DNA from: Miltoncostaeaceae bacterium
Lineage (GTDB): Bacteria > Actinomycetota > Thermoleophilia > Miltoncostaeales > Miltoncostaeaceae
NCBI GenBank assembly: GCA_035553775.1
Contig: DATMJR010000306.1
Coordinates: 1 to 30,534 of the forward strand
Length of the DNA stretch: 30,534 bases
Reading direction: 5' to 3'
A program made the position numbers and the translations under genes. This document shows positions 24,232-30,534 of this stretch, in pieces (the first letter of the stretch is position 1; the number at the start of each line of letters is the position of its first letter). The notes beneath the pieces were generated by a model. The model saw only the letters and a list, made by a program, of their open reading frames with translations. It was not told the DNA's origin and ran no database searches.

Positions 24232-25154
24232 GCGGCCGCCGCGTCCAGGCACGCGGCCGCGAGGCGGGCCCGCGCGGGGCGGTCGGGCATCAGCGCGTCG
24301 GTCAGCACCGGCCGCACGTCGAGGTCGGCCACCGCGTCGGCCTCCCCGGCGTCGCGCGCGTCGAGCACGAACGTCCCCGCGACGTCCGCGTAGATGCGCG
24401 CCATCTGGGTCGCCGAGCACTCGGGGTAGCCGGCGCCGGCCAGGAACCGGTGGGCCGGCCCCTCCACGGGACGCCCGCCGATGATCGGGCTGACCGCCAC
24501 CGTGTCGGCGCGCCGCGCCTGCAGCGCCGCGCGCAGGCCGGGCACGGCCAGGATCGTCCCGATCGAGACGACCGGGCTGGAGGGGGCGATCACGATCCGT
24601 TCGGCCGCGGCGATCGCCTCCAGGGCGCCCGGCACCGGCGCGGCCTCGGTGACGCCGTCCATGCGGATGGCGGTGATCTCCTCGCCGGCGCCGTCGCGGA
24701 CCAGGTACTCCTGGAAGGTCCGCTCCCCCGTCGGCGTGGTGATGCGCGTGCGCACCGGCGCGTCGCACATGGGCAGTACGCGGGCCTCCACCCCCAGGCG
24801 CGCGCACAGCTCGGCGGTGACCCGGTGCAGCGGCACCCCCTCGCCGAGGCGGACGGTGCGGTAGAGGTGGGTGGCCAGGTCGCGGTCGCCGAGGCCGAAC
24901 CAGGCGGGCAGCCCGTAGGTCGCCAGGCCCTCCAGGCAGCGGAAGCTGTCGTCGGCGTAGCCCCACCCGCGCGCGTCGACCACGCCGGCGAGCACGTAGG
25001 TGCAGATGTCGAGGTCCGGGCAGACCCGCAGGCCGTAGAAGTCGCCGTCGTCGCCCGTGTTGACGATGGCCGTCAGCGCCTCCTGGCCGACCACCTGGGC
25101 GAGCCCGTCGACCATCTTCGAGCCGCCGGTGCCGCCCGACAGGACCAGGATCAC
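24228..25154 (-). CDS. cofD: 2-phospho-L-lactate transferase CofD/FbiA
   Basis: LSGGTGGSK, VNTGDD, PDLD...Y.LAG, WFGLGDRDLATH, LPMCD..VRT, FQEY.VR, VAVSPIIGG..V.GPA. Confidence 0.95.
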   Translation of the reverse strand: MILVLSGGTGGSKMVDGLAQVVGQEALTAIVNTGDDGDFYGLRVCPDLDICTYVLAGVVDARGWGYADDSFRCLEGLATYGLPAWFGLGDRDLATHLYRTVRLGEGVPLHRVTAELCARLGVEARVLPMCDAPVRTRITTPTGERTFQEYLVRDGAGEEITAIRMDGVTEAAPVPGALEAIAAAERIVIAPSSPVVSIGTILAVPGLRAALQARRADTVAVSPIIGGRPVEGPAHRFLAGAGYPECSATQMARIYADVAGTFVLDARDAGEADAVADLDVRPVLTDALMPDRPARARLAAACLDAAAA

Positions 25155-25157
25155 GGA

Positions 25158-26066
25158 TCAGGCAAGGGGCGTGCGCTCATCGGGGCCGGGGGATGGTATC
25201 CGCCCCCGGGCCCCCGCGCCCACGACGAGCCAGAGCCCGAGCGCCACCCCGACGACGCCCGCCACCAGCGACGCGCCCGGGGTCTCCCCCAGCAGCGGCC
25301 AGGCCGTCAGCACGCCGACCACCGGCACCAGGAAGAACCAGGCCGAGACCTCGCCGGCCGGCGCCAGACGCAGGGCCACGTAGAAGAGCGCCAGGGGCGC
25401 CGCCGACCCCGCCGCGCCCAGCACCACCACCAGCGCCGCGGTGCTCGCATCGACGTCGACGGGGCCGCGCTCGGCGGCCAGCGAGGCGAGCGCCAGCACC
25501 CCGGCGCCCAGCAGCATCTGCCACCCCGCCAGCGCCATCGCCGACCCGGTGCCGCGCAGGCCGCGCACGGCCACCACCGTGCCGATCCCCCAGGCGAAGG
25601 CGCCGCCGACCACCACCAGCGCCGCCGGCGACACGGTCGGCGGCCACAGCCGGTCGTCGCCCACCGCCACCGCCACCCCCACGAACCCGACCCCCAGGCC
25701 GGTCCACTGCAGCCGCGTGAGCCGGTCGCCGAGGAACAGGGCCCCCAGGGCGGCGACGAACAGCGGGTCGGTGTTGGCCAGCACCGCCGCCAGGCCCGCC
25801 CCCTCGTGGGCGATCCCCCAGAAGGTCGCCCCGTAGAAGAGCGTCGTCTGGGTGAGCGCCAGCCAGAACAGGCTCGCCGCCCCGACCCCGGGTGCGACCG
25901 GGTGCCCCCGGGCCACCAGCACCGCCAGCACGATCAGCCCGGCGGCGCCCAGCCGCGCGGCGGCGGCGGCCAGCGGCGGCAGGTCGTCCACCAGCCAGGC
26001 CGACGGCACGTAGGCGGAGCCCCAGCACAGCATCGCGCCGGCGGCCAGGAGGCCGGGGGACCTCAG
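25158..26066 (-). CDS. EamA/DMT family transporter
   Basis: C-terminal about 300 aa of track ORF 25158..27818. Shows CWG, AAARLG, GLAAVLANTDPLF.AAL, LFLGDRL...W.G...GF.GV, AW..G and PV.GVL.AW.LLGE. Start is CTG 26066 (overlapping the dctM TGA) or ATG 26033. Confidence 0.88.
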   Translation of the reverse strand: MRSPGLLAAGAMLCWGSAYVPSAWLVDDLPPLAAAAARLGAAGLIVLAVLVARGHPVAPGVGAASLFWLALTQTTLFYGATFWGIAHEGAGLAAVLANTDPLFVAALGALFLGDRLTRLQWTGLGVGFVGVAVAVGDDRLWPPTVSPAALVVVGGAFAWGIGTVVAVRGLRGTGSAMALAGWQMLLGAGVLALASLAAERGPVDVDASTAALVVVLGAAGSAAPLALFYVALRLAPAGEVSAWFFLVPVVGVLTAWPLLGETPGASLVAGVVGVALGLWLVVGAGARGRIPSPGPDERTPLA

Positions 26067-28060
26067 TGCTCGACGAGGTTCGACAGGGCGAGGACGACCT
26101 CCGACGGCAGGTACGTGACCAGGAACAGCACCAGGATGCTCACCAGCAGCCAGGGGATGATCGTGATCGACAGCCGTTCGATCGGCACCCGGGCGATGCT
26201 CGACACCAGGAACAGCACCAGCCCGATCGGCGGGTGGATCAGTGCCAGCACGAGGTTGAACACCATGATCAGCCCGAAGTGCACCGGGTCGATGCCGAAC
26301 TCGAGCGCCGCCACGGGCGCCAGGAACGGCGCCAGGATGTAGAGCGCCGGCAGGGGCTCGATGAAGATGCCCACCAGCAGCAGCATCACGTTGACCACCA
26401 GCAGGAACACGTACTTGTTCGTGCTGATGCCGGTCATGAACTCCTGGAGCGACTCCCCGAACCCGTCGCGGAACAGCGCCTTGGCGAGGATCGTCGAGTC
26501 GCCCAGCAACAGCATCACCACGCCCGCCTCGAGCCCGGCCAGGATCAGCGCATCGGGCAGCTGGCGGGGCGAGATGGTGGCGTACATGAACAGCCCCATC
26601 CCGATCGCCACCAGCGCCGCCACCGCCGCCGACTCGGTCGGGGTGAACACGCCGGTGAAGATGCCGCCGAGGATGATCACCGGGATCAGCAGCACGGGCA
26701 GCGCCGACCGGCTGGTGCGCACCACCTGCCCGATGCCGGCGAACCGCCGCCGCGGGATCATGTCCAGCCGGCGCACGACCACGTAGACGGTCGCGGCCTG
26801 GAACAGGAACAGCAGGATCTCGGCGAACACCCCCGACAGCAGCAGCGCCGAGATCGACGCCGAGCCGGGACCGGTGACGATCGCCCCGTAGACGATGAAC
26901 ATCACCGAGATCGGCCCGATCGGGCCCTTGATCGAGGCGCCCGCGACCACCGCGGCGGCCACGTCGCGGCGGTAGCCCTCGCGCTCCATCGCCGGCACCA
27001 GGATCGGGGTCATGATCGCCGCATCGGCCTGCGCGGAGCCGGAGATGCCCGAGGCCAGCGCCGAGGTCAGCTGGCAGACGTAGGCCATGCCGCCGCGCAG
27101 GTGACCGACCAGCGCGGCCGCGAACGCGATCAGCCGGGTCGACATGCCGCTGGCGTTCAGGACCTCGGCGACCACGAGGAACATCACGATCACCAGCAGC
27201 TCGCCGCCACCGGTGAGGCCCATCGCGCCCTGCGTGGTGCTGAACGGGGCGATCAGGTCGGGGCTGGGGTAGAACGACAGCCCCAGGAACTCGGGATGGA
27301 GCGCCAGGATCCCGACCACGCTCAGCATGAACACGATCGGCATGCCGGCCAGCGTGAGCGTCACGAAGATGATCCCGAGCACGATCAGCTCGGACACCTG
27401 CGTGAACTGCAGCAGCGAGTAGCAGACCGCCCAGAGCACGGCGGCCATCACGAGCGCGCCCCCCAGTCCCTGGGCGGCGTCGCGCAGCCCCGCCCGCCCG
27501 CGCGCGGCCACCGGCCGCAGCGCCGTGACCGACTGGGTGAGGTAGTGCAGGGTGATGAAGTAGTAGCCGACGGTCATCGAGACCAGGGCGTAGAAGAGCG
27601 CCACCGAGATCGACTGGGCCGTCTGATCGCGCCAGGCCTGCGCGAACGGGAACTGGGTCGCGCGCACGCACGAGTAGGCCAGCAGCACCCCCAGCGACAG
27701 GGCCGCGAAGGTCTGCACCGAGCGCTGCCACCCGGCCGGCCCCCGGTGGGAGACGAACGTGATCACGGTGACCGCGCTGCGGCGCACGGCCAGCGAGACG
27801 CCCATCCAGATCGCCCACAGGTAGGCGAACCGCGCCAGCTCCTCCGAGCTGAAGATGGAGAAGCCGGGCACGTTGCGCGTGAACACGTTGCCGGCGATCG
27901 CGAACATGATCAGCAGCACCGCGCCCACCGTGATCACGCGGGCGATCGCCACCGCCGCGCGCGCGTAGACCTCGAGCACGCCCTCGACGCGCCCGAGCAC
28001 CTGGGCGACCACGGGCTCGGGCGACCGCGCCGGGGCCTGCTCTGCCGTGGTCGTGGTCAT
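26063..28060 (-). CDS. dctQM: Fused TRAP transporter small and large permease (DctQ-DctM)
   Basis: N-terminal DctQ-like SEELARF...W...G.SLAVRR; DctM motifs GMPI.F.L, L.GHLRGG, SGISGSA.AD, PAM.REGY, GGIFTGVFTPTESAA, GIDPVHFG, HPPIG..LF. Confidence 0.92.
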   Translation of the reverse strand: MTTTTAEQAPARSPEPVVAQVLGRVEGVLEVYARAAVAIARVITVGAVLLIMFAIAGNVFTRNVPGFSIFSSEELARFAYLWAIWMGVSLAVRRSAVTVITFVSHRGPAGWQRSVQTFAALSLGVLLAYSCVRATQFPFAQAWRDQTAQSISVALFYALVSMTVGYYFITLHYLTQSVTALRPVAARGRAGLRDAAQGLGGALVMAAVLWAVCYSLLQFTQVSELIVLGIIFVTLTLAGMPIVFMLSVVGILALHPEFLGLSFYPSPDLIAPFSTTQGAMGLTGGGELLVIVMFLVVAEVLNASGMSTRLIAFAAALVGHLRGGMAYVCQLTSALASGISGSAQADAAIMTPILVPAMEREGYRRDVAAAVVAGASIKGPIGPISVMFIVYGAIVTGPGSASISALLLSGVFAEILLFLFQAATVYVVVRRLDMIPRRRFAGIGQVVRTSRSALPVLLIPVIILGGIFTGVFTPTESAAVAALVAIGMGLFMYATISPRQLPDALILAGLEAGVVMLLLGDSTILAKALFRDGFGESLQEFMTGISTNKYVFLLVVNVMLLLVGIFIEPLPALYILAPFLAPVAALEFGIDPVHFGLIMVFNLVLALIHPPIGLVLFLVSSIARVPIERLSITIIPWLLVSILVLFLVTYLPSEVVLALSNLVEH

Positions 28061-28081
28061 GTGACCGTCCGGGGGAACCGG

Positions 28082-28115
28082 CCCCCCGGCGGCGGCGCGG
28101 CCGGCCGCCGGGGGG
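28082..28115 (-). other. Intercistronic stem-loop between dctP and dctQM
   Basis: Perfect 12-bp inverted repeat ccccccggcggc-N10-gccgccgggggg. Hairpins after substrate-binding-protein genes commonly set mRNA stoichiometry (inference). Confidence 0.6.
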
Positions 28116-28138
28116 ACGTCGTCAGAGTCGCAGGTCTA

Positions 28139-29260
28139 TCAGCCTGCCAACTCGCAGGAACCCGTTCGGGAGGTCGGGAACGGCGGCGGTGCCGCCGGGG
28201 CCTGCGCGTCCTCCTTCAGGTCCTGGATCTGCTGCAGGAACCGACCGGTGGTCTCGTCCTGCGACAGGGACGTGTACGCCTGCTCGGCCCGGGCCTGCAG
28301 GCCCTGCACCTCGGCCGGGGTGGCGGTCACGAACTGCACGCCGCAGTTGACCAACTGCTGCGGCAGGTCCGATCCGGTCGACACGATCTCGATCGAGCGT
28401 GCCGGCACCTTGGCCGCCGCATCCCGGAGGATCTGCTGGTCCTCCTCGGACAGCCGCTCCATCACCTGGTTGTTGATGACCAGGGCGGTCGGGAACGGCC
28501 ACAGGTTGACGTTGCCGGTCACGAACCGCGCGACCTCGTAGTACTTGTTGGTCGCGATCAGGCCGAGGTTGGCCTCCATGCCGTCGACGGTGCCGTTCTT
28601 CAGGGCCTGGTACACCTCCGGCAGCGGCAGCGGGTCGGCCTCGGCGCCCAGCGCCTGCAGCCCGGCGGCGAGCACCTTGGACTGCGGGGCGCGGATCTTG
28701 GTGCCGCGGAACGACGCCACCGAGTCGAGCGCGTTCTTGGCGCCGACCGGCTTGCGCAGACCACCCTCGTGAATGGTCAGCACGGTCACGTCACCGGCCG
28801 TCTCCGACGCCGATTCGGCCATCGCCTGGCCGATCTCGCCCTCGAGGATCTGGCTCTCGAGCTGGTAGTTCGAGACCAGCAGCGGCGCCTGCAGGGCCTG
28901 GAAGGCGTTGATGCCCGCCGAGTCCCAGATGGCCGTGGAGATCGTGGCCATGTCCACCGAGCCACCGCGGACGTCCGCCAGCAGCTGGGGCTCCGGCTGC
29001 GGGTAGCTCGGCCGCGTGTTGATCGTGATCCGTCCGCCGGAGGCCCGCTCGACCTCCTGCTTGAAGAAGTCGATCGCCTGCCCGTACGGGTGCTGGGCGG
29101 TGGTCACGTAGGCGAGGGTCAGCTCGACCGACTCGCCCCCACCCTCCGTGCCGCTGCCCGCCTCGTCGTCGTCGTCGCCACACGCGGCGACGCCGAGCGC
29201 CAGGGCAAGCGCCGACACCATCACCAGCACCCGTGTGGTCCACGAGCGTCGTCTCACCAT
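28139..29260 (-). CDS. dctP: TRAP transporter substrate-binding lipoprotein DctP
   Basis: Lipobox LGVAA-C, EVERASGGRI, VRGG.VDM, GTKIRAP (carboxylate-binding Arg), EVYQALKNGTVDGME. ATG 29260 has a GGAGGGG RBS. Confidence 0.92.
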   Translation of the reverse strand: MVRRRSWTTRVLVMVSALALALGVAACGDDDDEAGSGTEGGGESVELTLAYVTTAQHPYGQAIDFFKQEVERASGGRITINTRPSYPQPEPQLLADVRGGSVDMATISTAIWDSAGINAFQALQAPLLVSNYQLESQILEGEIGQAMAESASETAGDVTVLTIHEGGLRKPVGAKNALDSVASFRGTKIRAPQSKVLAAGLQALGAEADPLPLPEVYQALKNGTVDGMEANLGLIATNKYYEVARFVTGNVNLWPFPTALVINNQVMERLSEEDQQILRDAAAKVPARSIEIVSTGSDLPQQLVNCGVQFVTATPAEVQGLQARAEQAYTSLSQDETTGRFLQQIQDLKEDAQAPAAPPPFPTSRTGSCELAG

Positions 29261-29342
29261 GCGCCCCCTCCAGAACCGGTTGTCCATGTGTCGTTCGCGG
29301 CGAGGACGCCCGGGGCCGACGGCACGGCGGGCATCCGGCGCG

Positions 29343-29372
29343 AGCCTACGGAGCGCCCAAAAAGGTTGTCAA
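29343..29372 (-). promoter_or_regulatory. Sigma70/HrdB-type promoter TTGACA-N18-TAGGCT for the dctP operon
   Basis: Plus-strand tgtcaa at 29367-29372 and agccta at 29343-29348. Confidence 0.65.
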
Positions 29373-29398
29373 CATCGGCACGAAGTCCGTCCCACCAG

Positions 29399-29414
29399 GT
29401 GCGATTCCTCGCAC
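29399..29414. promoter_or_regulatory. Palindrome GTGCGA-TTCC-TCGCAC between divergent promoters (putative regulator site)
   Basis: Perfect 6-bp inverted repeat; a partial second copy, ctgcgattcgtgtgcag, lies at 29569-29585. Confidence 0.45.
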
Positions 29415-29467
29415 TTTTGCAGGCAGTTCCCGACCTCCTCACCGGGGTGCCCGCGCCCCCTGCGTGG

Positions 29468-29497
29468 TTGACGCTCGCAGGGTACGTGACATATGCT
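29468..29497 (+). promoter_or_regulatory. Sigma70/HrdB-type promoter TTGACG-N18-TATGCT for the ADC-like gene
   Basis: TTGACG at 29468-29473 and TATGCT at 29492-29497. Confidence 0.6.
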
Positions 29498-29616
29498 GCT
29501 TTCGACGTCGAGGGCCCCGCCCGCCCGGTCCGCGAGACCGCAGGTGGCAGGTGGACCGCCCGCGACGCCTGCGATTCGTGTGCAGCTGCCTCTTCTATCT
29601 AGGGGGACGCCAGCCT

Positions 29617-30534
29617 ATGGCCGAGCAGTTCGCCGTGACCCAGATCCCCGGCGCCGAAACGGGAGAGATCCCGCCCTCGCCGGTGGACCGCGACGAGAAG
29701 ACCGCGATTATTTACCCGCTGGTCGACCCGCTCTGGGACATCGACACGCTCCCGCTGACCTACACCAACTCCCGTTGGTCGGCTTTCTTCTACCGCGCGG
29801 ACGAGAAGCACCTCCGCCGGGTTCTTCCCGACTGCCTTGAGCTCGAGGACGACGTCGTCGAGTTCTGGTACGTCGACCACAACCACACCATGCTCGGCCC
29901 GTACGGCGAGATGGGTGTGACGGTCGCCGCCTCCTACAAGGGCGGGGACGGCAACAAGACCTACGCCGGGTACTACCCCTACATGTACCTGACGCAGGAC
30001 GCCGCTATCGACGCCGGTCGCGTGCTGGGCTTCCCCAAGAAGGAGGCCTTCATCCGCGTGCTCGAGCACGGTGGCAACCCGGACGACGGGTACGGGGTCT
30101 ACGACGGGAAGAACTACCAGTTCGACTACTTCTCGTTCCTCATGATCCGCAACGGCTACGTGCTTCACTCGGCGACGGGTAAGTACGACGATGCGGACCT
30201 GTCGGCCAAGCCGGCCTTCTATGGCAACACCGCCTACGGCCGCATGAACATGAAGGTCATCACCTCCCCGGACATCGCTCAGTCCGAGTGGCAGCTGGTG
30301 CACCTGCCCTCCCTGGTGACCAAGGACCTGGCCACCGCGATGGGCCGCCCGGACACCGAGGGTTCGCACCGCTTCCAGGTGAAGCCGGAGTCGATCCGCA
30401 CCGCCTCGCCGGCCAGCATCAACTGGTTCATGCAGGCGACGCCGTACGACAACCTCGGCCACGAGCTGCCTCCGAAGGAGATGATCGGTCTGATGACCTT
30501 CTCCTTCGACCTGATCATCCCGGCGGGCGAGGTC
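29617..30534 (+). CDS. Acetoacetate decarboxylase-like (ADC) superfamily protein, 3'-truncated by the window
   Basis: Absent from the track because no stop codon lies within the window. Open frame MAEQFAV... contains FFYRAD...LRRVLPDCLE, LGPYGEMG, YYPYMYLTQDAAIDAGRVLGFPKK (Schiff-base Lys motif); RBS AGGGGG. Confidence 0.82.
   Translation, partial: MAEQFAVTQIPGAETGEIPPSPVDRDEKTAIIYPLVDPLWDIDTLPLTYTNSRWSAFFYRADEKHLRRVLPDCLELEDDVVEFWYVDHNHTMLGPYGEMGVTVAASYKGGDGNKTYAGYYPYMYLTQDAAIDAGRVLGFPKKEAFIRVLEHGGNPDDGYGVYDGKNYQFDYFSFLMIRNGYVLHSATGKYDDADLSAKPAFYGNTAYGRMNMKVITSPDIAQSEWQLVHLPSLVTKDLATAMGRPDTEGSHRFQVKPESIRTASPASINWFMQATPYDNLGHELPPKEMIGLMTFSFDLIIPAGEV

Noticed and set aside
25158-27818. Apparent 886-aa protein; likewise apparent long fusions 3539..5377, 4315..6219, 5505..6860, 18405..21323 and 23557..24966
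   Set aside because: Only the C-terminal parts are real genes (EamA, sirtuin, MFS, methyltransferase, CofH, CofC). The N-terminal parts are off-frame overlaps with neighbouring genes.
29164-29178. (TCG)n trinucleotide run in dctP
   Set aside because: It encodes the in-frame poly-Asp linker after the lipobox, which is common in actinobacterial lipoproteins.
29383-29392. Region just downstream of CGGCACG (29376-29382) as a possible sigma54 -24/-12 promoter
   Set aside because: There is no TTGC at the -12 position, and sigma70-type elements explain the region.
25892-29602. 1236-aa plus-strand ORF, and similar long ORFs such as 129..1130, 1130..2287, 13603..14682, 19371..21215 and 24450..26342
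   Set aside because: They are antisense shadows of genes with clear family motifs. High GC suppresses stop codons, and the translations are low-complexity R/G/A/P without motifs.
15882-30534. Aminotransferase plus ADC-like gene as an mppPQR (enduracididine) cluster
   Set aside because: The genes are over 12 kb apart, there is no recognisable MppP-type partner or NRPS, and the context looks catabolic.

Overview
Very GC-rich bacterial DNA. The codon style, cyclophilin, F420 genes and lipoprotein TRAP receptor suggest Actinomycetota, possibly Thermoleophilia (inference). No rRNA, tRNA, CRISPR array, transposase or integrase is evident, and most long ORFs in the supplied track are antisense or off-frame shadows. 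From left to right the window holds: (1) the 3' end of an acyl-CoA ligase and a phlACB/archaeal-like trio of HMG-CoA-synthase-fold pseudo-enzyme, thiolase and DUF35; (2) a convergent block of PrmA-like methyltransferase, MFS, catalytically degenerate sirtuin and SDR, with a divergent ALDH-fold gene; (3) cyclophilin plus a small two-domain hypothetical protein; (4) a two-gene secreted/surface cassette, comprising a Pro-Val-Ala 11-mer repeat protein with a C-terminal TM and ERPG tail, and an Asn/Gln/Ser/Thr-rich repeat protein with chaplin- and curlin-like motifs (candidate functional amyloid); (5) GMC oxidoreductase, SDR, acyl-CoA dehydrogenase, Xis/MerR-type HTH, MaoC dehydratase, aminotransferase and IclR; (6) an F420 biosynthesis cluster with cofG, cofH carrying a degenerate CofG-like N-terminal domain, cofD, cofC, a stand-alone cofE and fprA, contiguous with an EamA transporter and a TRAP transporter; (7) a divergent acetoacetate-decarboxylase-like gene cut off by the window edge. 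All assignments come from motif reading by eye; no database searches were run.
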